A DNA stretch of 64,000 bases from a virus. The stretch lies in the IMG/VR virus record IMGVR_UViG_3300033753_000334, positions 34,985 through 98,984 of that record. The stretch is one strand, 5' to 3'. The notes beneath the pieces were generated by a model. It was not told where the DNA came from. It made no database searches and saw only the letters and a list, made by a program, of their open reading frames with translations. This document shows positions 28,544-38,073 of this stretch, piece by piece. Positions within the stretch are counted from its first letter, which is position 1. Each line of letters begins with the position of its first letter. A program made the position numbers and the translations under genes.

Positions 28544-29710
28544 ATGCTTGTGACACGAATGAGTTTGCGAAGAAAAACAGCGACTCCTCCACTAGACCCG
28601 CGTATTTCTGCATTAGAAGAGGAGATTAGGCGAGCGAGAAGGTATAGAGAATATGATGCACCCCATGCATCTTTGGACGATAGATTAGATGGTTTGGAGC
28701 AACGTATAAGCAATGCAGGGACAGGAGATATGAAGAAATCCCAATATGATACAGATGGGGATGGGAAAGTAGATCGAGCGGAGATTGCAGACTGGTCATA
28801 TGGTGTAGATTGGTTGGATGTTCACAACAAGCCTTATATTCCACCTGAGTATGTATTGCCAGTAGCAACGGAATATCGACTTGGCGGGATAAAGTCAGGC
28901 GGTGATATTGAAGTACAACAGGATGGAACGATTCGTGTTATTCGTGGCGGCGTGGGAAGTGCTATCGAAGATTCACCTTATAATGGCTATATTCGGGTGG
29001 ATGGGCAAGACATTGAAGTTTATCGACATCCAGATAATGAGCATATTCGGCACGTAACAGACAGCCAAATTCAATATTGGAATAATAAAGCATCTACAAA
29101 TACGGCAACGCGTTATTCTGATGGATTACTATCTTGGGAAGATAAAAGAAAATTGGATGAACTTGTACAAGGGATCTCAGAATCAGAAGCGGATGAGAAA
29201 TATGCGGATAAATTTCATACACATATACTTGCTACTCAACTTTCCAATGGTTTTATGAGTGCAGAGGATAAGAAGAAGTTAGATAATCTTTCAAGTATTG
29301 ATACAAGCGGATTTGCAACAAAAGATGAGATGAATGGGCTAGCGTTACGGTTAGACAATTTTGAGAATGGAGGGGGCGGTGTGCCAAAACTGGAAGAAAT
29401 AACGGGAACAATTACTGTGCCTGCGGATGCGATAGTAAGACAATCATTCCAGACTTCATTCGGAAAGTTTGATATTCGAACAATAAAAGCGAAAGGTGCG
29501 AACAATTCTCCTATTGTTGTACAAATAAATGAGAAATCGGATGGTACAATTCCTGTTTATCGTAGTAATCAAGAGACCGTAGTTGAGGACAACGCTCTTG
29601 TTCCCTATATAGACAAAGAGAATCAAAATAAATTACATCTTCAGATTGAAAACAAAGGCGGGACAAGCGATATCATAACATTCACTATTAAAATTGTACA
29701 ACTAATTTAA
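28544..29710 (+). CDS. Tail fibre protein
   Basis: Fibre repeats ATRYSDGLLSWEDKRKLD / ATQLSNGFMSAEDKKKLD, YVLPVATEYRLGGIKSG, YDTDGDGKVD. Confidence 0.8.
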   Translation: MLVTRMSLRRKTATPPLDPRISALEEEIRRARRYREYDAPHASLDDRLDGLEQRISNAGTGDMKKSQYDTDGDGKVDRAEIADWSYGVDWLDVHNKPYIPPEYVLPVATEYRLGGIKSGGDIEVQQDGTIRVIRGGVGSAIEDSPYNGYIRVDGQDIEVYRHPDNEHIRHVTDSQIQYWNNKASTNTATRYSDGLLSWEDKRKLDELVQGISESEADEKYADKFHTHILATQLSNGFMSAEDKKKLDNLSSIDTSGFATKDEMNGLALRLDNFENGGGGVPKLEEITGTITVPADAIVRQSFQTSFGKFDIRTIKAKGANNSPIVVQINEKSDGTIPVYRSNQETVVEDNALVPYIDKENQNKLHLQIENKGGTSDIITFTIKIVQLI

Positions 29711-29719
29711 AGGGGTGGG

Positions 29720-30580
29720 ATGATGGGATACAAAATGACTTCTGGTACTTGCTTAGTATCAAACTTATACGAAACATTTACAGAATTAATGATAGCGGCA
29801 GGATGGCAGAACATAAGCTCTAAACCAGCTACTGACTATGATGTGTGGTATTCTCCTGGTGAACAAGGAGATAAACGATTAATCATTCAAACGAGAAAAG
29901 AGTCAAATGGGAATTTAGGGCATAGATTTATTGCTGATTATACCCCTGGGGCGGCAGGTACAGCAGGAATTATACAAAGAACAACCGCCGCATGGAGATC
30001 AGTAAGTTTCTTTTCACATCACAATGTTACTTCGTTTCCTCAATCAAACCAGGTAAACTATAAGTATCACGCAAATAAAGACAGAATTATCTTTTACTGT
30101 GAAGCTAATCATTCTACCGGAACTATGTACAACGGAATTATTTATTTAGGGTTATCCGATGTACGCTATCGTTCTGAATCTGGAAGTAGAGGTCTGTATT
30201 TACTTAATTCGAATTATGGTAGTAACTCTTTTGTATCTGATTATATAGACGGTGTAACTGCATCTACTGATGCGTTAACTACAAGAATGTTTTTTATAAA
30301 TCCTTATGGTTTGTCATCAACTTTCGAATTCATAAAAAGCCCCGATGAATCAGGTAACTATATTTTATTGTCTTACTATGTGGGAGATAATATCACCTTA
30401 CGAGGTAAGTTATCAGGAATATATTTAGTACATGCGAAAAATGCAGTACATGGAGATGTCATAAAAGTTGGTACGAGAAGTTTTCAACTTATACGTCTTA
30501 CTAAGTCAACTATAAATAGCAATGAATTCTTATCATCTTCAGTACAGGAATACACTATATTCTTAGCCTTCGAGGTGTGA
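29720..30580 (+). CDS. Putative receptor-binding or fibre-associated protein
   Basis: 286 aa after the fibre gene; AT-rich. Confidence 0.55.
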   Translation: MMGYKMTSGTCLVSNLYETFTELMIAAGWQNISSKPATDYDVWYSPGEQGDKRLIIQTRKESNGNLGHRFIADYTPGAAGTAGIIQRTTAAWRSVSFFSHHNVTSFPQSNQVNYKYHANKDRIIFYCEANHSTGTMYNGIIYLGLSDVRYRSESGSRGLYLLNSNYGSNSFVSDYIDGVTASTDALTTRMFFINPYGLSSTFEFIKSPDESGNYILLSYYVGDNITLRGKLSGIYLVHAKNAVHGDVIKVGTRSFQLIRLTKSTINSNEFLSSSVQEYTIFLAFEV

Positions 30581-30581
30581 T

Positions 30582-30758
30582 ATGGCTACGTACAATGGAT
30601 TAATCATAGATGAAGATGATTGTGTATTAATTGCTTCTCCTCCACCTTCGCGTGTGTTTACAGGTGGGGTACTGGTAGAGGATTGTTCGTGCGAAAGCAT
30701 GTATAAACCTCCACGTCAAATTCCATTAGAGATAAGCTGGACAAAAGGGAGAGATTGA
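30582..30758 (+). CDS. Small hypothetical protein (58 aa)
   Basis: Not in the track. GAGGTG RBS, MATYNGLIIDEDD...; fills the gap between neighbours exactly. Confidence 0.55.
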   Translation: MATYNGLIIDEDDCVLIASPPPSRVFTGGVLVEDCSCESMYKPPRQIPLEISWTKGRD

Positions 30759-30759
30759 T

Positions 30760-31489
30760 ATGGGCGAAGAAGTAAAGCGCGTAATACTATCCCCCAACGT
30801 AGAACACGTATTCACTTATGCTAAGCAGCAACATAAAGTAGAGGTTCATAACTTGGGAGATGGAGACCTGTATTTTAGACGCGATGGTGTAGCTACGGTA
30901 AACGGAGATGATTGTATCAAAATCCTTGGGGATTCGGCATGACCTATTCTCCTAAGGGTACGTAGCTGTCCTTGCATGTAATCAGTGATACAGGTACAGA
31001 TTGTACAGGTGCAAGGGGAACTGGATAAGTATTTGTAAGGGGGATGATGAGATGTATCCGATTAAACCTGGTAACGGCGGGGGAACAGGAAGTACAGAAC
31101 CTGTAACAGCCAATAATGTGACGGAAACCTCGTCACGTGTATTTGTTTCTCCAAGTGAAAAAGCGCAGATAACTACAAATAAGAATGATATCTCATCTTT
31201 GAAAGCGAATGTGAGCGAAGCAAAACGTATTATAGTAGATTGTAGCACTGGTAAAACTAAAGAAGAAATATTTGAATTTACACCGTATGTTCCAACTGTA
31301 GAAGAACTTATGGAAAAAATTCGCCAAGAACGCAATATTGAGCTTTTCGCGTGCGATTGGACAGTATTTGCCTGATTCTCCTTTGACAGACGAGCAAAAG
31401 CAAGAGTGGATGATATACAGACAAGCGTTGCGTGATTTCACGGAGAATATGATTCTACGAAGCCAGTTTGGCCCGAACAACCAGAATAG
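30760..31489 (+). pseudogene. Decayed second tail-fibre/assembly-chaperone module
   Basis: Chaperone motif CDWTV-LPDSPLTDEQKQEW..YRQALRD...PVWPEQPE is recoverable only with two frameshifts (~31367, ~31441); upstream fragment 30760-30942 stops early. Confidence 0.7.
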
Positions 31490-31529
31490 AATATCACCGT
31501 AAAAACTTGTTCATACTGGCAGGTAAGAG

Positions 31530-31988
31530 GTGATATTTTTGGAATATGCGCTACCAATCATAGTAGTGATGGGAGCCCCACTGATTCTATCTCTAAAACC
31601 GATTGAGCCAACATTTTCGAAAGTTGACTGGTCAGAGCGAATAAAATGCCAATCAAATCCGGAAAGGTTACTGTTTGATGCGTTGGCAAAATGGGATGTA
31701 GTGATTCTGACTCAAGTTCCGATTAAGCAGTATCAAATTGACTTGTTCTTGCCTGAGTATAAAGTGGCTATTGAGTGCGAAAGTGTATTTCATGATACGC
31801 GAGAAGCACAGGAACGCGACAGGAAGAAGGGTGCTACTATTGCGGAGGCAGGATGGAGAGTTATCAGGGTACGTGATGAGGAAATCAAAAAGGATATAGC
31901 AGGTGTACTAGCTAAAGTTGCTCAGGCTATGGATTTGATACCAAGAAGATGTAGAGAAGAAAGTGAAATGATCTATTATAAAAACTAG
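31530..31988 (+). CDS. DUF559/Vsr-like PD-(D/E)xK endonuclease
   Basis: SNPERLL, QVPIKQYQIDL, VAIECES.FH, DRKK...GWRVIRV. Confidence 0.8.
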   Translation: MIFLEYALPIIVVMGAPLILSLKPIEPTFSKVDWSERIKCQSNPERLLFDALAKWDVVILTQVPIKQYQIDLFLPEYKVAIECESVFHDTREAQERDRKKGATIAEAGWRVIRVRDEEIKKDIAGVLAKVAQAMDLIPRRCREESEMIYYKN

Positions 31989-31997
31989 AATTCAGTA

Positions 31998-32030
31998 ATA
32001 AGACATCCAAAATATTGGATGTCTTATTTA
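31998..32030. terminator. Perfect hairpin terminator
   Basis: AATAAGACATCCAA-AATA-TTGGATGTCTTATT. Confidence 0.75.
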
Positions 32031-32170
32031 TATTTAAAGAAAAATATGGTAATATGTATTCGATATTTTTATGGAGGGGTATTTTTGCTAGATTAACCAA
32101 GAAGATTTTTTGATGTAGAAAGAGAATATAAATTTAAGATCGAACATCGCATATTAGAGGAAGTGGCATA

Positions 32171-32569
32171 ATGGGTGGGAGTCTAGATATTACTGTAAGC
32201 TCGGATAAGTTGATAAGTGCTTGTATACATAAATCTAAATACATTGTAATCAGTACGGATTCTTTAAAGGTAAAGTTGCAAGAATACGAAAAAGCAGTAA
32301 ATAAACAAAACGAATGGACAATACCGTTTTCAATTCTTGTGACCGCTCTTGCAACAATTTTAACAGCACAGTTTCAAGATATGATTTTTTCAAAAGAGAC
32401 TTGGAGAATAATTTATAATATAGTTTCAATATCAACGTGTCTCTGGCTTGTAAAAAGCTTAGTTGATAAATTCAAATATAAAAAGCAGTGTAGTCTTACA
32501 CATATTATAGACCAGTTAGCCGCGGAAACTGAGCAGGTTGACGAACTTAAATTAAAGAGTGAGGAATGA
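32171..32569 (+). CDS. Two-TM membrane protein (AT-rich moron)
   Basis: Two hydrophobic helices; overlaps the next gene. Confidence 0.65.
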   Translation: MGGSLDITVSSDKLISACIHKSKYIVISTDSLKVKLQEYEKAVNKQNEWTIPFSILVTALATILTAQFQDMIFSKETWRIIYNIVSISTCLWLVKSLVDKFKYKKQCSLTHIIDQLAAETEQVDELKLKSEE

Positions 32570-33038
32570 TTTTATGTCAGATGCAAACTTAAGTTTACAT
32601 GAAGTCCTAAATTATATTAAAGAAAGAGAATTAAATATTCCATTAACTGTGGCTGATGAAGAGAACAAAGTTATTTCTTTGTTAGTAAAGACTGATAAGC
32701 AGCGAGTTATTAAAATTAAAAATTCAAAGAGAGTATCTGTAGAGGCGATATATACTGAAAATTTGAATGGTATTACTATAATTATGGCTCCTATGACTAC
32801 TGATTTACTTGTTAATACAAACTACGCATATGAAGTTAATGGAGTTGCTGCTCTTATTGACTTAAATGGCGAACAAAATGTAGAGTTACTGAAAAAAGTA
32901 GTAGATGGAAACGCAAGAATTGAATTTTATGTTATAAGTGAAGACTTATCAGAAATATCAATAAAGCCTATCTTTAACTCTGAATTATCAAAGGCAGGGC
33001 TTAAAAGAAGTTTAATAGCAGCAAATATTTATAGTTAA
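32559..33038 (+). CDS. Hypothetical protein (AT-rich moron)
   Basis: 159 aa, coupled to the upstream TM gene. Confidence 0.6.
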   Translation: MRNDFMSDANLSLHEVLNYIKERELNIPLTVADEENKVISLLVKTDKQRVIKIKNSKRVSVEAIYTENLNGITIIMAPMTTDLLVNTNYAYEVNGVAALIDLNGEQNVELLKKVVDGNARIEFYVISEDLSEISIKPIFNSELSKAGLKRSLIAANIYS

Positions 33039-33057
33039 AAATAAATGTAGAATAGTC

Positions 33058-33897
33058 TTAGTATCGATTTGCCCTGGGATGAAATTTCTTATAATCCTGC
33101 AACTTCTTCTCCATTGTCACTGCCGTATAGCGTTGAGTGGTTGCTAATGACTCATGGCCCAGAAATTCCTGAATCGTACGTAAATCAGCACCATTCGTCA
33201 ACAAATCAGTCGCAAACGAGTGCCGCAGTTTGTGTGGCGTAATCGCCGTGTTGCCCCGCCACTTCCGAATAATTGCCCCGACTTGCCATGCGCATAGTTG
33301 GGGTTTCTTTCTGCCTGGAAACAGGTACGTTGGATCGCCTTCGCCTTCCACTTTCCTCTCATGCAACCACTCAGCAATCATATCCATCGTCGCTGGAGCA
33401 AGTGGTACAATGCGCTCCTTGCCACCTTTGCCAAACACTCGAATGTATCCCTGATAATTGATGTCCTGCACTTTAATGCTGACCAATTCACTGCGGCGGA
33501 CACCGGTGCAGTAGAGCAATTCAATCATCAGCTTATCACGAAGGTTATCCGCTTTTTCTACCGCTGCGTCGATTTCTGCTACATCGACCGGGCGAGGCAG
33601 TTTCTTCTCCTGTTTTGCCCCTTCTACAAACTCGGCAGGATTATGTTTAAGCTTACCTTTTTTGGCAAGAAATCTGAAGTATGCTTTTAGAGATGAAAGC
33701 TTACGGTTAGACGTGGTTGCGCTAGCACCTTGTTCGCGGATATGAAGAATAAAAGCAGAGATGTCGTTTGAGGTAATCTTGGAGTTTGGCTTGGAAACAA
33801 AGGCGAAGAATTGGGCAACGTCACGGCAATAGTTTTCAACTGTGTGAACAGACAGATTACGCTCGTATTGTAGGTACTTTTTGAACTCCTCAATCAT
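33058..33897 (-). CDS. XerC/XerD-like tyrosine recombinase
   Basis: SAM-like N-domain (LSVHTVENYCRD), TGVRRSEL, GKGGKER, HKLRHSFAT, LGH, TQRY. Confidence 0.95.
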   Translation of the reverse strand: MIEEFKKYLQYERNLSVHTVENYCRDVAQFFAFVSKPNSKITSNDISAFILHIREQGASATTSNRKLSSLKAYFRFLAKKGKLKHNPAEFVEGAKQEKKLPRPVDVAEIDAAVEKADNLRDKLMIELLYCTGVRRSELVSIKVQDINYQGYIRVFGKGGKERIVPLAPATMDMIAEWLHERKVEGEGDPTYLFPGRKKPQLCAWQVGAIIRKWRGNTAITPHKLRHSFATDLLTNGADLRTIQEFLGHESLATTQRYTAVTMEKKLQDYKKFHPRANRY

Positions 33898-34008
33898 CGT
33901 TCATATCATCTCCTCAAATATCTACTTTTGACACCTACTTTATCATCTGCCATAATTTTTATCAATAATTTTCTGAAAAATAACCTCGAAAAAAATTTAT
34001 TTTGGCCT

Positions 34009-34039
34009 AAAAAATCACCTATATGCTTCGTATAGAGTA
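34009..34039 (+). promoter_or_regulatory. Phage-specific promoter motif, copy 1
   Basis: AAAAAAT-N13-CGTATAGAGTA; one of four intergenic copies. Confidence 0.75.
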
Positions 34040-34070
34040 GATGAAAGCAATTAATCAAGGTGGTGGCGTA

Positions 34071-34463
34071 ATGAGAAAAAAGATTTGGTATTGGCTTATT
34101 CCTTCTTATCGCAGGCTGCATCAGGATAGGGAATTGCTTCTTCGGCAGGTGGATGCTGACCAGTGTAACTTGGGTTTGTATGAGCGGTTGTATCAGGAGA
34201 TGGCTGACATGGTTGTGAAGCAAGACAAATGTATTCAGTTTTTGCACGCTGAAAAAGAGCGTCTGGAAAAGCGAGTGGCTGAACTGGAGAAATATTGCGG
34301 TGAATTGGGCGATGAAGGCGTCGATATAGTAGATGTGCAGACATCTACCGATATGGATAAAGCAGAGCAATGTCTAGGAGATGTCGTTGCGGTCGTTTCA
34401 GAAGTGCAGCAGGGGATAGAGCAGTCTAAGTATGAGGTTCATAAGGGCGGTACTGAAGGATGA
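34071..34463 (+). CDS. Coiled-coil hypothetical protein
   Basis: First ORF after the promoter motif. Confidence 0.55.
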   Translation: MRKKIWYWLIPSYRRLHQDRELLLRQVDADQCNLGLYERLYQEMADMVVKQDKCIQFLHAEKERLEKRVAELEKYCGELGDEGVDIVDVQTSTDMDKAEQCLGDVVAVVSEVQQGIEQSKYEVHKGGTEG

Positions 34464-34915
34464 AAGCGTATCTCAATCGCAAAGAACGTGAAAACATCGT
34501 CACAATGCTGATATTTGAGTTGACAATGGACAACCTGCTTGAAGCCAGTCCGCGTGTGAAGCAGTTATTCGGCAAGCACTGGTCGGATATGAAACGAGCG
34601 CGGACGTATATCCATAAAGCGTTAAAAGAAGGGCTTGCCGAGTCGCTTGATCAGAAAGAAATCATACGTATTCACCGTATCGCACAAAAGTGTGATTTCA
34701 TTGTGAGGGAACGAGCGGGTAAAGCGTTACCTGATAAGCGAACAGTAGCCGTACCGGATACATTGATTAGTGACCTGGCGGAACTGGCGATAGGGAATAA
34801 CTGCACAGGTTGCAAACGATATGATTGGGAGAACTGTCGTGTGTTCACAGTGATGCAGGAAGCGGATATACCAGCAGCGCATACGGAAACAGGCGATTGC
34901 CCGTATCGACAGTGA
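34460..34915 (+). CDS. Cys-rich phage protein (DUF5651-like)
   Basis: MKAYLNRKERE...CTGC...C...CPY. Confidence 0.55.
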   Translation: MKAYLNRKERENIVTMLIFELTMDNLLEASPRVKQLFGKHWSDMKRARTYIHKALKEGLAESLDQKEIIRIHRIAQKCDFIVRERAGKALPDKRTVAVPDTLISDLAELAIGNNCTGCKRYDWENCRVFTVMQEADIPAAHTETGDCPYRQ

Positions 34916-34927
34916 GGAGATGCAGGG

Positions 34928-35428
34928 ATGAATGGTGAGTTTTATATAACACCGGAGGAATATGAAAAAGCTCAAAAGAATGGCATAAATGCTTTCAATC
35001 TGGAGCGACGCATCCGTTTGCTTGGTTGGAGAAAGGAAAAAGCGATAAACACACCTGTGCGAAAAAGGTGTGATCGAAGTAAATGGGTGAAAATCGCAAA
35101 GGAAAACGGTATTAAGTACAATACGTTTATGAGCCGGGTAAATGTTTACGGGTGGGATGAAGAGCGTGCTGCGAGCGAGCCTCTACAAAATCGGCAGGCA
35201 GCAGCACATAAGGCGCATGAGAAAATCCGGGTGCTTCCACGTGAATATGTTGAATTAGCTAAACAAAACGGAATTTCCTATTATACTTTCCGTCGGAGGA
35301 TTAAAAAAGGATGGGATGCTGAGAAAGCAGCTACACATCCAGTTATGTCCAGCATTGAAGCTGGAAGAATGGGGGCGCGGAAAGTCAGAGAGTTGTATGG
35401 TGACTGGAACAGGGTTTCTTTTAAATAA
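34928..35428 (+). CDS. Phage protein with three tandem HTH-like repeats
   Basis: A..NGI...TF..R....GW..E.A...P repeated three times. Confidence 0.7.
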   Translation: MNGEFYITPEEYEKAQKNGINAFNLERRIRLLGWRKEKAINTPVRKRCDRSKWVKIAKENGIKYNTFMSRVNVYGWDEERAASEPLQNRQAAAHKAHEKIRVLPREYVELAKQNGISYYTFRRRIKKGWDAEKAATHPVMSSIEAGRMGARKVRELYGDWNRVSFK

Positions 35429-35435
35429 CAGGGAG

Positions 35436-36365
35436 ATGATATGCTTGACCAAAATTGAATGGACGGACAGAACGTGGAATCCCGTTACGGGATGCGCCAA
35501 AGTGAGTGAAGGTTGTAGGAATTGTTACGCTGAGCGTATGGCGAAGTGATTGGCTGGGAGATGCGGATATCCGAAAGAGAATCCGTTTCAGGTCACATTG
35601 CATCCTGAACGATTAGATGAGCCGAAGCGATGGAAAAAGCCACAGCGGATATTCATAAACTCAATGTCAGATTTGTTCCATGATGATGTGCCGGAAGAAT
35701 TTATCCGCGAAGTATTCCGTGTCATAGCAGAGTGCCCGCATCATATATTCATGATTCTGACGAAGAGGCCGGAGCGAATGAATGATGTTGTTCACAGAAT
35801 TTATGCGGATGGCTTCGCTTTTGGTCAAGAGATATACACGCAACTACAACATGTGTGGTTGGGAGTCTCGATCGAAAATCAAGCGGCAGCGGATGAACGG
35901 ATACCTTACCTGTTAGAAACACCAGCAGTGATTCGATTTTTAAGTTGCGAGCCGTTACTTGGCGAAGTGGATTTGATGAATGTGCAGCGTACACTGATGG
36001 GACGGATTGATGTTTTACGAGGTCAGCGACATGTACTCAGAAGCATCCAGCAGATTAATAAAGTGAACTGGGTAATATGTGGTGGAGAGAGCGGTCATGG
36101 AGCGCGTCCGGTACATCCCGATTGGATACGCAGTTTGCGTGATCAATGTACGGCTACTGAAACATCTTTTTTCTTTAAGCAGTATGGGGAGTGGGCTCCA
36201 ATTCATGAGTTGCGGGCCAATGAACCGGGGATTAAGGGTAAGCAGTGGCACAACTTTGATCCAGATACGTCTGTTTGCAGAATCGGAAAAAAGAAAGCTG
36301 GCCGTCTGCTGGATGGTCGGGAATGGAATGAGATGCCGGAACTACCGGAAGTGGAGAAAGAATGA
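35436..36365 (+). pseudogene. Phage Gp37/Gp68 (DUF5131) radical-SAM-like gene with an in-frame TGA at 35547-35549
   Basis: [37 protein letters not shown]...IFINSMSDLFH, LTKRPER, FLSCEPLL, WVICGGESG, all in one frame. Confidence 0.85.
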
Positions 36366-36589
36366 GAAAGTATCGGTGGCTATCTGAAGGCATGACAGTC
36401 GTATACACTAACAAGCAGTGTGAAAAGCGCGGTATGGTATGTGCGGTGCCGGGCGGAACCACAGGGAGAATCATTACAATTGCGCCGGGCAAGATCAAAA
36501 ACTGTCTGGTGGATTTTTCAGGGAAAAAAGTTGTCACAAGTTGGGCGAATTTACGACCTACTCAGCGAAGGGATAGGAGGATGCCGTGA
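36362..36589 (+). CDS. Small hypothetical protein (SH3-like)
   Basis: Overlapping start/stop coupling on both sides. Confidence 0.55.
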   Translation: MRKYRWLSEGMTVVYTNKQCEKRGMVCAVPGGTTGRIITIAPGKIKNCLVDFSGKKVVTSWANLRPTQRRDRRMP

Positions 36590-37815
36590 CAAGTAAAGAA
36601 AAAATAGCGACTGCGCTACGCAATATACTGTTTACATTTGATGCAGAAAACTATGTGTTCGCCTGCATTGGTACAGACCGCTCGACAGGAGATAGTCTCG
36701 GTCCATTGGTTGGCAGCAAGTTAGCCGCGAACGGATACAATGTGATTGGCACGTTGGAGGAACCGTTGCATGCGGCCAATTTAGAAGAACGCTTAGGAAA
36801 AGTGCCAGCAGAAAAAACGGTGATTGCAATTGATGCTTGTTTAGGGAAAGTAGAGAGTGTTGGAAGCGTAAATGTGATAAACGGTCCGTTGAAACCAGGT
36901 GAAGGTGTTGGTAAAAAGCTACACAGTGTGGGTGATTATAGCATCAAAGGCATTGTAAATGCTAGTTCGGGAAACAAAGAGTTGAATCACTTAACAGTTA
37001 TGAGTACTCGACTATCAGTGGTCGTAAAACTAGCAGGCCTGATTTCTTCTGCCATTATGGATGTAATAAAGCCTGTTAATCTGAAAGAAATAGCGGTTAG
37101 TAAGGAATCGAATGAAGCGCCCAAAAAAGAAGCTCTACACAGTGAATCGGTATGGGGAGAGATAGCAGAGAAGAAATACAATGTCATATTGGCAGATCCG
37201 CCTTGGCAATATCGAGACAAGGCGAACGCCGGAAAGCGCGGTGCGGATCACAAATATTCAACGATGAGCGTTGATTCTATCAAAGCATTACCGGTTCAGG
37301 ATATCGCTGCTGATGACTGTGCATTGTTTTTGTGGGTAACGAATCCGTTTCTGCCAGCAGCGTTCGAAGTAATAAAAGCATGGGGATTTGAGTATAAGAC
37401 GGTCGCCTTTACATGGGTAAAGACGATAAAGAGCGGGCCTGCTGTGTTGCGTAAATACTATAACGATAATATACGAGCGAATGGCTGTTTTACCCATGAG
37501 TTTGAAGGGATGTATGAAGATATGATTGGTAGTTTGGCTGTAATGGGTATGGGGAACTGGACGCGGCAGAATACGGAAATATGTTTATTAGGCGTGAAAG
37601 GGAAACCGAAGCGAATGAACGCCGGAGTACATCAGGTTATATTTGCGCCGCGCCGGGAACATAGCAGAAAGCCGGATGAGCAGTATGAGCGTATAGAGAG
37701 ATTACTCGGCGGTCCCGAAGGAGCTGGGCCACACTTGGAGATGTTTGCAAGACAGACGTGGTCTAATTGGAATAGCTGGGGTATGGAAGTTGGAAAATTT
37801 GATCGAGGTGAGTAG
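36586..37815 (+). CDS. Fusion of a YyaC-like spore protease (N-terminal) and an MT-A70 family DNA methyltransferase (C-terminal)
   Basis: CIGTDRSTGDSLGPLVG, IAIDACLG, LKPGEGVGK.L..VGD (YyaC/DUF1256); VILADPPW, LFLWVT, WGFEYKT, EHSRKPDE, LEMFAR (MT-A70). Confidence 0.88.
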   Translation: MTSKEKIATALRNILFTFDAENYVFACIGTDRSTGDSLGPLVGSKLAANGYNVIGTLEEPLHAANLEERLGKVPAEKTVIAIDACLGKVESVGSVNVINGPLKPGEGVGKKLHSVGDYSIKGIVNASSGNKELNHLTVMSTRLSVVVKLAGLISSAIMDVIKPVNLKEIAVSKESNEAPKKEALHSESVWGEIAEKKYNVILADPPWQYRDKANAGKRGADHKYSTMSVDSIKALPVQDIAADDCALFLWVTNPFLPAAFEVIKAWGFEYKTVAFTWVKTIKSGPAVLRKYYNDNIRANGCFTHEFEGMYEDMIGSLAVMGMGNWTRQNTEICLLGVKGKPKRMNAGVHQVIFAPRREHSRKPDEQYERIERLLGGPEGAGPHLEMFARQTWSNWNSWGMEVGKFDRGE

Positions 37816-38004
37816 ATGGACAGATTTTCGGTAGGCTTGCCTGACCCACAGGAAAAGAAAGTTGTAGGTGAATGTCTTGGGTGTGGTGGTGAAGTGTATG
37901 CAGGAGAAAGTGTATGGATTATAGATGGTGATATGCTACACCAGTGCGATGAGTGTGCGGTGAAATATGTGGAGAGTAATTCGTGCGAGAAAGTAGCGGA
38001 GTAA
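37816..38004 (+). CDS. Small zinc-ribbon protein
   Basis: CxxC...HxCxxC; GAGGTG RBS. Confidence 0.6.
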   Translation: MDRFSVGLPDPQEKKVVGECLGCGGEVYAGESVWIIDGDMLHQCDECAVKYVESNSCEKVAE

Positions 38005-38073
38005 GTCTACTGTTATCAAAATGGAGAGATTTCTAGAGTGAGGCAATAAAAAATTGTTTATGGAAAATCAAAT

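Noticed and set aside
27490-31489. Diversity-generating retroelement or invertase-driven fibre switching
   Set aside because: No reverse transcriptase, TR/VR pair, serine invertase or inverted fibre cassettes seen
33898-34008. attP or dif site beside the recombinase
   Set aside because: AT-rich, but no convincing 11-6-11 dif-like palindrome or tRNA-derived core identified by eye
35547-35549. Stop-codon reassignment or selenocysteine at the in-frame TGA
   Set aside because: Many other genes end normally in TGA; the position corresponds to Arg (CGA), so a point mutation or error is simpler
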